In this document: positions 10,326 through 19,408 of the stretch, in pieces
How positions within the stretch are numbered: the first letter of the stretch is position 1
Layout of the letters: each line of letters opens with the position of its first letter
Source of the DNA: Rhodothermales bacterium
Lineage (GTDB): Bacteria; Bacteroidota; Rhodothermia; Rhodothermales; Bin80
Reading direction: 5' to 3'
Assembly (NCBI GenBank): GCA_012271185.1
Contig: JAAXGV010000096.1
Coordinates: 1 to 56,711, forward strand
DNA length: 56,711 nucleotides
Notes under the pieces: model-generated
Seen by the model: only the letters and a program-made list of their open reading frames with translations
What the model was told of the DNA's origin: nothing
The model's database searches: none
Program-made: the position numbers and the translations under genes

Positions 10326-11086
10326 GAAAAGGGCTGCGGGCAGCACTCGCTGTCCTGGCGGCACTGGCCGCCTTGACGCCGCGCGCAACGCTGGCGCAGG
10401 AAGACGCGCTGGCGATCGTCCGTGCAATGGAGCGCCTTATGCGCGGCACCACCATGACAGGGAGCTACAGCCTCGTCATCATTCGTCCGGACTGGGAGCG
10501 AATAATAACATTTGACACCTGGGCCGAAGGCACGGAGCGCAGCTTCATACGCATCACGGAGCCTCCTAAAGAGCGCGGGGTGTCTTTCTTGAAGGTTGGC
10601 CGTGAAATGTGGCAGTACATTCCCCGCATCAGCCGGGTGATAAAGATTCCACCCTCGATGATGATGCAGTCCTGGATGGGAAGCGGATTTACCAACGATG
10701 ACCTGGTGCGTGAGTCCAGCCTGGTGACCGATTATGAGCATACACTCGTGGATACGCTCGATATGGGCGATGCTGAGATCTACCACCTTTCCCTTGCCAC
10801 GCGTCCGGAGGCACCAGTAGCGTGGGCGCGCATAGCGTTGTGGGTGCGCACAAAAGACTATGTGCCGCTTCGCGCGGAGTACTTTAATGAGCGGGGTGAT
10901 CGCGTACGTACCCTGACATATGGTGACATCCGTACAATTGGCGGGCGCACGATTCCCGGGAGGTTTGAGCTGGTAGAGGACCGGTGGCCAGACCGCAAGA
11001 CCATCCTGCTCATCAGAGAAGCCCGGTTCGATGTGAGCATCGGGAGCGACGTGTTCACACAGGCCAACCTCAGGCGCCACCGGTAG
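10310..11086 (+). CDS. outer-membrane lipoprotein-sorting (LolA-like) protein
   Basis: 258 aa with a signal peptide. Its pattern (FLKVGREMWQYIP...IPPSMMMQSWMGSGFTNDDL) is typical of the LolA-like proteins encoded next to FtsX-type permeases. Confidence 0.7.
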   Translation: MDHGIGKGLRAALAVLAALAALTPRATLAQEDALAIVRAMERLMRGTTMTGSYSLVIIRPDWERIITFDTWAEGTERSFIRITEPPKERGVSFLKVGREMWQYIPRISRVIKIPPSMMMQSWMGSGFTNDDLVRESSLVTDYEHTLVDTLDMGDAEIYHLSLATRPEAPVAWARIALWVRTKDYVPLRAEYFNERGDRVRTLTYGDIRTIGGRTIPGRFELVEDRWPDRKTILLIREARFDVSIGSDVFTQANLRRHR

Positions 11087-11091
11087 GCCCT

Positions 11092-12327
11092 ATGCGAAAA
11101 TTGTTCAAGCTCGCGTGGCGGGACATATGGCGCAACCGTCGCCGCAGCTTCCTGACGATGGGGGCGATCCTTTTTGCGGTGACGCTGATCTCAGTGTCTA
11201 TCTCAGCCAATGTGGGGACGTACGACGCGACAGAGCAGCTCATGGTGCGCCTGTCCACCAGTGAGCTGCAGGTTCAGCATCGCCGCTACCATGAGGAGCG
11301 TACGCTGGAGAACTCACTGGATGAGACGCTTATAGATGCAGCCGACCTGACTTCACAGCAAGCATGGATCACCGCCAGTGCGCGACGCCTGAGTGGTTTT
11401 GGCTTGGCAAGCAGCGATTCCTCCAGCGCCGGCATCCTGATCGTGGGCGTGGAGCCCGACAAAGAACCCGGTGTCAGCAATATGGTGCGTGTACGGACGG
11501 GCGATGCCACGCTTGGCCAGGAAGACCATGGCGCGGTGCTGCTCGGCTCTCTGCTGGCCAAGAACCTGAACCTGTCCCCTGGTGACTCCATAGTGGTTCT
11601 GACGCAAGGGTACCACAACGTCATGGGCGCAGAGATATATGTCGTTCGCGGGTTGGTGCGCGCCAGCATGCCTGAGCTCGACCGGGCGGTGATGGTCATG
11701 ACACTCCCGGCGGCGCAGCAGCTCTTCAGCATGCCAGGCCGCTTCACGGAGCTTGTGCTGCGCACGGACGCTCATAACAAGGCGAAGGCGTATGCTGCGC
11801 TGCTGCAGGCGTCTCTCAGCGAACCGGATTATGTTGCCCTGCCATGGCAGACTCTGATGCCGGAGCTGGACCAGTGGCGGCGCCTCGACGATGCATCGAA
11901 CTATATCTTTTACTCGTTTCTGCTGCTGATCATCGGGTTTGAGATTTTCAACACCACCACCATGAGTATGATGGAGCGTGTGCGCGAGTTCGGTGTGATG
12001 ATGGCTATGGGGCTCAAACCCCACCAGGTTGGGGGGATGGTCGCGCTGGAACTCGCCATGAAGGTGCTGATGGGTACTGTCGCGGGCTTTGTGGTGGCCG
12101 TGGTCGTGGTGTATTTCCTGGGGCAGGAGCCTATCCCGCTGACAGCAGGCATGAAGGAGATGTACGACGATATCGGTTTTGTGACCGACGGGATATACTT
12201 CTCTTCAAAGCTGTCCATCTACGTTTTTCCTGTCATAAGCGTCGCGCTGATGGCGCTGGCATCCATGCTGTTTCCTGTGATCCGGATGCGCAGCTTTTCA
12301 CCGGTAAAGGCGCTTCGCGCCCTATAG
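11092..12327 (+). CDS. ABC transporter permease, FtsX/MacB type
   Basis: The start is moved to the ATG at 11092 (MRKLFKLAWRDIWRNRRRSF), just after the upstream stop. There is an N-terminal TM helix, a large periplasmic loop and a C-terminal FtsX 3-TM bundle. Confidence 0.85.
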   Translation: MRKLFKLAWRDIWRNRRRSFLTMGAILFAVTLISVSISANVGTYDATEQLMVRLSTSELQVQHRRYHEERTLENSLDETLIDAADLTSQQAWITASARRLSGFGLASSDSSSAGILIVGVEPDKEPGVSNMVRVRTGDATLGQEDHGAVLLGSLLAKNLNLSPGDSIVVLTQGYHNVMGAEIYVVRGLVRASMPELDRAVMVMTLPAAQQLFSMPGRFTELVLRTDAHNKAKAYAALLQASLSEPDYVALPWQTLMPELDQWRRLDDASNYIFYSFLLLIIGFEIFNTTTMSMMERVREFGVMMAMGLKPHQVGGMVALELAMKVLMGTVAGFVVAVVVVYFLGQEPIPLTAGMKEMYDDIGFVTDGIYFSSKLSIYVFPVISVALMALASMLFPVIRMRSFSPVKALRAL

Positions 12328-12334
12328 TGTCTGG

Positions 12335-13561
12335 ATGATCCTGGCCAAGATCGCATGGCGCAGTATCTGGCGCAATCCACGCAGGTCGTGGGTGCTCATT
12401 TCCGCTGTTGCCATAGGTGTTTTTACGTTCGTAGGCGTGGTGGCGTATATCGACGGGCTCTCCGTGCAGCTGATACGGACAGCTATTGAGCTGCGGGGCG
12501 GACATATTCAGATCTCAGGCACCGGCTACTTCGAAAATCCGGCTCTACGGACCCGGATCACCGGAATGACCGAGGTGGCACAGATACTGGATAACTTTGA
12601 CGGTCTGCGCTTTGCAGCGCAGCAGCGCGCTTCCGGCATGATCAGCAGTGCAGAGCAGTCTGCCGGGATCACTGTGGTGGGCGTAGATCCTGCTCAGGAA
12701 GAGTATGTCTCACCCATTCCGACACTAATGGTCGAAGGGGAATGGCTGAGCGGCGATGCCGAGGCAGGCGAGGTCATCATGGGTACTGCCTTGGCAGAAC
12801 GCCTGGGCGTGCTGCTTGGCGAGCGCGTGGTGCTGATGGTGAGCGATCTCGCAGGCGACGTGAGTGCAGGTGCCTACCGTATCAGGGGGCTTTTCACGTC
12901 CAACAGCACGGAATATGACAAGCGTCACGTGCTCATGCACGAGAGCGCCATGGACGCGCTTACCGGGTTTCCCCCCAATGCGGCTTCAACTTTCGCGATT
13001 ATCCTTGACGCTGATCAGGACATACGCCAGGTCAGCGCGGCGCTGCGCGGCGCACTCTCCGAAAAAAATGTTGAAGTGCTGACATGGCTGGACCGGTCTC
13101 CCATGCTGGTGATGATGGACGAGATGATGAACCTTACCAACGTGATCCTGGTGGTGATACTGTTTACGGCTATCGGCTTCACGCTTATCAACTCGTTCAT
13201 CATGGTGATCTTCGAGCGTATCCGCGAGATTGGTATCATGGCCGCGGGCGGCGTGCGTCCCGGTCAGGTGCGCCTGCTACTTTTTCTGGAGGCCTCCTTC
13301 GTTGTGCTGCTGGGCGCTGGTGTGGGCATCGTGCTTTCTGCCGGTGTACTCGGATGGTGGAGCGCTGTCGGGCTGGACCTCAGTGCGTTTGCCGAGGGAC
13401 TGTCAAGGTTCGGTGCGGGCACAGTGATCCGTCCGTACGTGAACATTGGGCGCATGGCGTCCGGCTTTGCGCTGATCTTTGTCATGGCTTTTCTAGCGGT
13501 GCTGTATCCGGCGATCAAGGCCAGCCGCTTCAAGATTGTAGATGCGATGAATCATGCCTGA
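12335..13561 (+). CDS. ABC transporter permease, FtsX/MacB type (second copy)
   Basis: 408 aa (MILAKIAWRSIWRNPRRSW) with the same architecture as the preceding gene. Confidence 0.85.
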   Translation: MILAKIAWRSIWRNPRRSWVLISAVAIGVFTFVGVVAYIDGLSVQLIRTAIELRGGHIQISGTGYFENPALRTRITGMTEVAQILDNFDGLRFAAQQRASGMISSAEQSAGITVVGVDPAQEEYVSPIPTLMVEGEWLSGDAEAGEVIMGTALAERLGVLLGERVVLMVSDLAGDVSAGAYRIRGLFTSNSTEYDKRHVLMHESAMDALTGFPPNAASTFAIILDADQDIRQVSAALRGALSEKNVEVLTWLDRSPMLVMMDEMMNLTNVILVVILFTAIGFTLINSFIMVIFERIREIGIMAAGGVRPGQVRLLLFLEASFVVLLGAGVGIVLSAGVLGWWSAVGLDLSAFAEGLSRFGAGTVIRPYVNIGRMASGFALIFVMAFLAVLYPAIKASRFKIVDAMNHA

Positions 13562-14255
13562 CCCGTTTCTTGTGGAGGCTGAAGGCCTTGTAAAGGTTTA
13601 CCGTGACCGCAGCCACGTTCCGGTGCGGGCGCTGGATGGCATCAGCTTTGCCGTAGCGCCAGGGGAGTTCACGGCAATCGCCGGGCCCAGCGGGAGCGGC
13701 AAGACCACGCTGCTTAACCTTATCGGATCACTGGACTCAGCCACGGCAGGAACGATAGTGGTTGCGGGACAGGATCTGAGTCTGCTCAGCCGCAGGGCAC
13801 GGGCTGAGTTCAGGCTGCGCAACCTGGGGTTCATCTTTCAGTCACACAACCTGATTCCGGTCCTTTCGGCTGCTGAAAATGCGGAGTTCAGCTTGCTTCT
13901 TCAGGGCATGCCGGCCAGGGAGCGCCGCCGCCGTGTCCTTGCAGAGTTCAAAGACCTGGGCATTGAGGAGGAGCTCACGCGCCGCCGCCCTGCCAAGCTC
14001 AGTGGCGGGCAGCAACAGCGGGTTGCGGTTGCCCGGGCACTGGTAAGCCGCCCGAAGCTTATCCTGGCCGATGAGCCAACGGCCAGCCTGGACTCCAAGA
14101 CTGGCGCGCGCCTGCTGGACAAGATGCGTGACCTGAACATGCGCACAAGGATCACCTTCTTGTTTTCCACCCATGACCCCATGGTGATCGACCGCGCCCG
14201 CCGCCTTGTCACGTTACGTGACGGCCAGATCGCCAGCGATGAGACGCATGCATGA
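13554..14255 (+). CDS. ABC transporter ATP-binding protein (LolD/MacB-like)
   Basis: Walker A is GPSGSGKTT, the signature motif is LSGGQQQRVAVARAL, and Walker B is LILADEPT. It overlaps the upstream permease by 8 nt. Confidence 0.95.
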   Translation: MPDPFLVEAEGLVKVYRDRSHVPVRALDGISFAVAPGEFTAIAGPSGSGKTTLLNLIGSLDSATAGTIVVAGQDLSLLSRRARAEFRLRNLGFIFQSHNLIPVLSAAENAEFSLLLQGMPARERRRRVLAEFKDLGIEEELTRRRPAKLSGGQQQRVAVARALVSRPKLILADEPTASLDSKTGARLLDKMRDLNMRTRITFLFSTHDPMVIDRARRLVTLRDGQIASDETHA

Positions 14256-15385
14256 TCCGCACTCTCTGGTGTGTTGCCCTTGCCTTGGCGTACACTGTGG
14301 CAGCCTGCGCTCAGCGCCCGTCACTGGAGGTCTTGGGCTATGCCAAAAACCTTGGCATCCGGCTGACCTCTTCTCTGACAGAGAAGGCACATTTCCTTGA
14401 CATCGGCCGGTTCAGGGCCAGAGGCGTGCTGTCTGCTGGCGGACACGTTCGGGCTGAGGTATGGCTGGATACTGAGCTTCTTACCGGCAGCTACCTGCAG
14501 TCTGCGGATTACGCCTATGCGCAGACGTACGGGCGCCCGCGTCCGCTGCACCTCGAATGGACGCTGGGCACCGGCAAAAGCCATGAGGTGCGGCAGCGGC
14601 TGTTCCGGGCCTTTGTGGCCACGGAGTCAGCCAGGGCAACGCTCACGGTAGGGCGGCAGCGCATAGCCTGGGGCTCCGGCTTCGCCTGGAACCCTACGGA
14701 CGTACTGAATCCGTTCAACCCGGGCGCCATCGAGCTAGGCGAGCGGGCCGGTGCGGACGCCGCTCACCTCAGTGTGCCGCTTGGGCCGCTTTCCCGGCTG
14801 GAGCTGGTTGCGGCATATATGGAAGCAGGAGCTCCGAGCAGCTATGCCGTTCGCGCCGGTACAAACTACCGTGCCTATGATGTGACCGCCCTTGCGGGAC
14901 GCTTCAGGCGTGACTGGATGGTTGGCGGCGATTTTGCCGGATACCTGCAGGGCGCGGGTATACGCGGGGAGGCTGCTTACGTGTGGCGGGATGCCGCACT
15001 GAACTTCCTGAGGGCGGTGCTCAACACAGACTACACGTTTGCACGCGGCATCTATGGGCTTGCCGAGCTCTATTACAATGGTCGGGGAAGTGCCCGGAAG
15101 GCTGAGTATGACTTCGCGGATCTTCTGACGGGTGACACCTTCAACCTGGCACAGTGGTATGTAGCCGTCTCCGTGGCTGTGAGCATAACCCCGCTGGTGG
15201 GTGCAGGCCTCTACCAGCTGGCCAACCTGAACGATGGGAGCATGCTGGTGGGCCCATCCATTACATACTCGCTTTCACAGAGCCTGGAAGCCGCTGCTGC
15301 AGCCTATTTCTTTACTGGCACCTCTGGCAGCGAGTATGCCGCGCAGCAGCACGTGTACTTCGTGACGCTCCAGTGGTACTACTAG
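14252..15385 (+). CDS. putative outer-membrane beta-barrel protein
   Basis: 377 aa with a signal peptide, alternating beta-strand pattern and a C-terminal aromatic end (LQWYY). There is a 4-nt overlap with the ATPase gene. Confidence 0.6.
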   Translation: MIRTLWCVALALAYTVAACAQRPSLEVLGYAKNLGIRLTSSLTEKAHFLDIGRFRARGVLSAGGHVRAEVWLDTELLTGSYLQSADYAYAQTYGRPRPLHLEWTLGTGKSHEVRQRLFRAFVATESARATLTVGRQRIAWGSGFAWNPTDVLNPFNPGAIELGERAGADAAHLSVPLGPLSRLELVAAYMEAGAPSSYAVRAGTNYRAYDVTALAGRFRRDWMVGGDFAGYLQGAGIRGEAAYVWRDAALNFLRAVLNTDYTFARGIYGLAELYYNGRGSARKAEYDFADLLTGDTFNLAQWYVAVSVAVSITPLVGAGLYQLANLNDGSMLVGPSITYSLSQSLEAAAAAYFFTGTSGSEYAAQQHVYFVTLQWYY

Positions 15386-15813
15386 TCCGTCAGCGTCGCG
15401 TCCACGCTGATCACTGTACCAGCATACAGCTTGGATATGGGACATCCGGTGCGGACCTCCTTCACCGCGGACTGGAACGCGGTGTCGTCAAGCCCCGGCA
15501 CGCTGGCTGTAACCGTCAGGTCAATGGAACCGATATGAAAACCGCCCGCGGGATCCGGACCCAAATTGACCACCGCGTCAGCGTGCACGTGACTCGGCAC
15601 GTGCCCACCCGAGGACAGCACATGGGACAGCGCCATCGCAAAGCAGCCGGCATGTGCAGCAGCAACCAGGTCTTCCGGGCTGATGCTCACTGCCTCCTCG
15701 AAGCGGGATGCGAAGGTGAAGGGTGATTCAAAGCCTCCCCGCCCTGTCTTCATGGTCCCGTTACCGGACTTGAGGTCGCCGTGCCAAGTGGCTTCCGCAG
15801 TTCTTACTGTCAT
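15382..15813 (-). CDS. OsmC-family peroxiredoxin
   Basis: 143 aa with the OsmC pattern and two conserved Cys contexts (AHAGCFAMAL, RTGCPISK). Confidence 0.85.
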   Translation of the reverse strand: MTVRTAEATWHGDLKSGNGTMKTGRGGFESPFTFASRFEEAVSISPEDLVAAAHAGCFAMALSHVLSSGGHVPSHVHADAVVNLGPDPAGGFHIGSIDLTVTASVPGLDDTAFQSAVKEVRTGCPISKLYAGTVISVDATLTD

Positions 15814-15824
15814 GAGTCTGTGGT

Positions 15825-16250
15825 TTAGAGCGTATAGTGTGTGCCGTTGACGCTGTAGGAGACGGTGATAGAAGCCGTTTTTCCTACGATTTTGGCAACG
15901 GAGCAGTACTTGTTGATGCTCAGGTCTACGGCACGTCGCACCTTGTCCGGGTGCAGGCCACCGGTCAATGTGTAGTGCACGTGAATTTGCGTGAACAGCG
16001 CAGGTGTGCCTTCACGCTCGTATTCGATAGTACAATCGAACCGCTGCAGGTTCTGGCGGCTCTTGCGGAGGATGTCGACGATGTCTATGCCGCTGCAGCC
16101 CCCGATCGCCATTGCGACCGCCTGCATGGGCCCCACACCCTGTCCGCTGCCGCTGGGCGGGTCTGTGTCGAAGTGAAGCTCGTTCCCGGCCTCGTTGGTG
16201 CCAAGGAAGTGATTCTTGTCGTCCAGACGTTTCAGGGTAACCTTTGCCAT
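15825..16250 (-). CDS. OsmC/Ohr-family protein (second paralog)
   Basis: 141 aa with conserved Cys contexts (IGGCSGIDIV, KYCSVAKI). Confidence 0.8.
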   Translation of the reverse strand: MAKVTLKRLDDKNHFLGTNEAGNELHFDTDPPSGSGQGVGPMQAVAMAIGGCSGIDIVDILRKSRQNLQRFDCTIEYEREGTPALFTQIHVHYTLTGGLHPDKVRRAVDLSINKYCSVAKIVGKTASITVSYSVNGTHYTL

Positions 16251-16766
16251 GATCCTGTTATTGCATGATCAGTTTTTAACCCGCGACAGCCCGGAGGGGT
16301 CCTGCTTCGGGCAGCCGCGGATACGTGCGGCTGCCAACCACACCCGCACAGGACGATGTTCTGGCATGGAGCTGTGCACAGTTGAGGAGGACTGCATCAA
16401 CGGCAACACGCAGCCACCGGAAAACCCTGCATCGCGTCCCAAGGCACACAACCTGCGGCCCGATGGCAACTGCTGCAGGTGTAACCTCACTCCGACGTGT
16501 GCTTGGGCAGCATCATATAACCCTTTTTCAGGCTATAATTCCCACGCTGAGGCATCCCTGCGCGAGGGATTTCAGGTCCGCCCGGCTACACCATCAGCGG
16601 CTGTCCGCACCATCACGCACCGCTGCAGTAGCGGGATTTTGTGTCGCAGGGATTGCTGTTGGGAGGAGCAGGACCGCTCTTGTGCCGGCCGTGGCATGAA
16701 GCCCGTTTCCATTCGCCAAAGATGACCAGTGCATCAGGCTGGTTCAGCCGCAAGGGGTGCCAAGCC

Positions 16767-17258
16767 TCAGTTGTTTTTACGGATCTCTATGGCTTTTTCC
16801 ACGATACCCGCAAGGTACTTGGAAATCCAGGCATAGCGCTCCTGGCTGCTACGCCCACCGGGGTTATAGCACTTCACGATACTCCAGAACCGCTGCCCCC
16901 TGAGGGAGAAATGCTTGAACGGATCGTAGCCTTTGGGAGCGATACGTCCGCTGGAGTCCTTTAATCCGTGGATTCGGATACCGGCGACACCCATACCCCT
17001 TTCCCACGACTGACAGATCTCATAGTTGATCCATTTGCGGCCAGCGGTGTTCTTACCAACAAGGACGATTGTGCAGGAGCGTTCTGCGAACTGGCTGTCG
17101 GTCCACCTCCTGATTGCACCACCTCCGCCCTTCGTTATCGCTTCCCAATCGTTGTCTTTTGCCGGCTTGTTTCCTTCAACGGCTCCAATGCTGCGAACCT
17201 GAGCAGCGCGCCAGCTATCCGGTTCGTAGTGGAAGCTGTAGAATACTTTCCGCGCCAG
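16767..17258 (-). CDS. ThsB-like TIR-domain protein (DUF1863-type), non-ATG start
   Basis: Hand translation of the minus strand gives (L)ARKVFYSFHYEPDSWRAAQVRSIG...CTIVLVGKNTAGRKWINYEICQSWERGMGVAGIRIHGLKDSSGRIAPKGYDPF. This matches the ThsB/DUF1863 pattern (KxVFxSFHY, RxWxxYEI, G(I/V)xIHxLKDxxG...KGxNPF). The frame is open from the TGA at 17277-17279 down to the stop at 16767. The ORF track shows only the C-terminal 75 aa. A CTG at 17256-17258 sits exactly where family members have their Met, and AAGGAGG lies 11 nt upstream. Confidence 0.75.
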   Translation of the reverse strand: MARKVFYSFHYEPDSWRAAQVRSIGAVEGNKPAKDNDWEAITKGGGGAIRRWTDSQFAERSCTIVLVGKNTAGRKWINYEICQSWERGMGVAGIRIHGLKDSSGRIAPKGYDPFKHFSLRGQRFWSIVKCYNPGGRSSQERYAWISKYLAGIVEKAIEIRKNN

Positions 17259-17276
17259 TCTTGTTATGTCCTCCTT

Positions 17277-17669
17277 TCAATTGAAGATGATGGCAATGCC
17301 GACCACGATAAGCATCGCACCGTAGAAGCCTGTAAGTGTTACGGAAAACATTGCACTGGGCCAGGTGCGATCCCGGCGAAACCTGCTTACATCCATGGAG
17401 AAGTCGATCTCATCCTTTTCCAGCACACGAACATGGTCGTAAAGCGTACGGAACAGACGCTCCTGCCACAGAAAGTAGCCGTCTAGACCCCAGAAGATCA
17501 GCACGGGAACCAACGTCACAAGTTCGAACCCAGGATTCCCACCTCTTGTCAGCAGAACAAACAGCGCGGCAGCCAAAGCCATGCTCCAGCTCTTCATGCG
17601 GAATGAATCAGCTCCAAGCCGGTTGACCACTCCTTGGATAAATTCGAGATGCTTGAGCTTTGCCTCCAT
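17277..17669 (-). CDS. small three-helix membrane protein, co-oriented partner of the TIR gene
   Basis: 130 aa from the ATG at 17669 (MEAKLKHLEFIQGVVNRLGADSF...); alternative upstream starts are at 17723 and 17843. Hydrophobic helices are WSMALAAALFVLL, LVTLVPVLIFWGLDGYFLW and FYGAMLIVVGIAIIF. The stop lies 18 nt before the TIR start. Confidence 0.6.
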   Translation of the reverse strand: MEAKLKHLEFIQGVVNRLGADSFRMKSWSMALAAALFVLLTRGGNPGFELVTLVPVLIFWGLDGYFLWQERLFRTLYDHVRVLEKDEIDFSMDVSRFRRDRTWPSAMFSVTLTGFYGAMLIVVGIAIIFN

Positions 17670-18371
17670 TTTGCGTATCGGTCTGGTCCATTCTGCCCGT
17701 AAAGCCAGCGCCCAGTCTCTCATGGAACGCGGTGCCATGCCCACGCAAACACAGCTGGCGGACATGCCACGCATGTGTGTCAACATGCAGAGCAGAAGCG
17801 GGGTTCCTGTCGCGCGACAGCCTGTCCGCTGCGCCGCGCACAACTTACGGGATAAGGGACTGACAACAGGCCGCAGGGTCGCTCAATGCTAATGGTGTTG
17901 AGACGTGCGCGCTCCTGTCACAGTCCTGTGAGCGCAGGTACGAGTGCTACGTGCCAGACCACCACCGCTCCTGATCATGAGCAAGCACGTTTCCATAAAG
18001 TTCGGCGCTATTCTGCTCGCCGGCTTGTGTCCGTGAAATCGGGTTCCTTGGCAAACGGTGGCCCTTGCTCATCGTGTTCGCTGTTTAAAGCCACGATCTC
18101 CGTCTCCCGCCCGATCCAGTGTTCGCCAGTAAAGCAGTTTCGAGCGCTTCAATCCCACAGCAATGGATCCGCTACTGCCGGACAGCGTCAGACGCCTTTC
18201 AACGGGCATGCAATGCGCCGGACCAGCCTGACACATCTGCGGATTCACACGAAGCAGGTGCGCGGGCCCTGCGCCTGTAAAGCGCCAGGACAAATGATTC
18301 GCACCACGCCCTGCGCGAACGCAACCCTATCGGTGTGTCTTTCGTAGAGAGTATGCACTCATAGTCAGTAA

Positions 18372-19274
18372 ATGGCTGGACCAATGCACAGTGTGTTCTC
18401 CCTCCTGATCGTCACCTTCACGGCGCTGGCGGCCGGATCCTTCGCACCGACCGAACGTGACGTGATAAAGAAAGAGTATGCGGTGAGCCCCGGCGGCACA
18501 CTGCACCTGGACCTGGATCGCGGCAACATTGAGGTCGAAGTGACAGAAAAGGCTCGCGTCTTCATTGAAATGGAACGCATAGCCAAGGCCAAAGAAAAGG
18601 AAGAGGCCAAAAGTATCCTGGAACACCATGAGTACGCCTTCGAAAGACGCCACAACGACGTGTATGTGCGCTCGCGCTATGACGCCGACCGCTTCGCATG
18701 GAACCTTCGCAAGCGTCCCAGCCTGAAGATTAACGTGGTCGTGCGCGTCCCTTCCGAATACAACGTTGTGTTCAGCAACGGCGCTGGCAACGTGGAAGTG
18801 TTTGACGTGGTCGGTGATGTCCGGGGCACTACCGGGGCGGGCAACGTAACTTTGGAAAATATTGAAGGCAGGGTGGAGGTTTCGTCAGGGGCTGGCAACC
18901 TTGAGGTGTCTGGAGCAATTGGAGCAGCCGAAGTCAACACTGGCGCCGGCAACATAGCACTCTACGATCTGCAAGGCACGGTGCAAGCCGGTACAGGCGC
19001 CGGCAACATTGATGCAGTGATCGTCCATCAGCCCGAAGGGCATTCAAGGTTCGGCTCCGGCGCCGGCAACGTTACTGTCGCCCTCTCAGACGACATCGGC
19101 GTGTTTGTCCGCGCCACGGCCAACATAGGCTCGGCAAAGTGTGAATTTCCGCTGACGGTATCGAAAAAACTCCTGTCCAAGTCATTCTCCGGCGAGATCA
19201 ACGGCGGTGGCGCCGAGCTGGAGCTGCATGCCGCCGTCGGCAACGTGGTACTGAAACGCCACCGAACAAGGTAA
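18372..19274 (+). CDS. DUF4097-type beta-strand repeat protein
   Basis: 300 aa with an N-terminal hydrophobic anchor. GAGN(V/I/L) repeats recur every 20 aa or so. Confidence 0.75.
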   Translation: MAGPMHSVFSLLIVTFTALAAGSFAPTERDVIKKEYAVSPGGTLHLDLDRGNIEVEVTEKARVFIEMERIAKAKEKEEAKSILEHHEYAFERRHNDVYVRSRYDADRFAWNLRKRPSLKINVVVRVPSEYNVVFSNGAGNVEVFDVVGDVRGTTGAGNVTLENIEGRVEVSSGAGNLEVSGAIGAAEVNTGAGNIALYDLQGTVQAGTGAGNIDAVIVHQPEGHSRFGSGAGNVTVALSDDIGVFVRATANIGSAKCEFPLTVSKKLLSKSFSGEINGGGAELELHAAVGNVVLKRHRTR

Positions 19275-19408
19275 AACAGGATAAGACTGTCCTTGTAAGA
19301 AGGGCAGCCCGCAGGGTCGCACCTGGTTTGGTTACCGGGCGCGACTTTGTATTATTATAGACGGATCAGGGTGAGGTGGCGGGCGGCGCTGGCCACAAAC
19401 AATAACTC

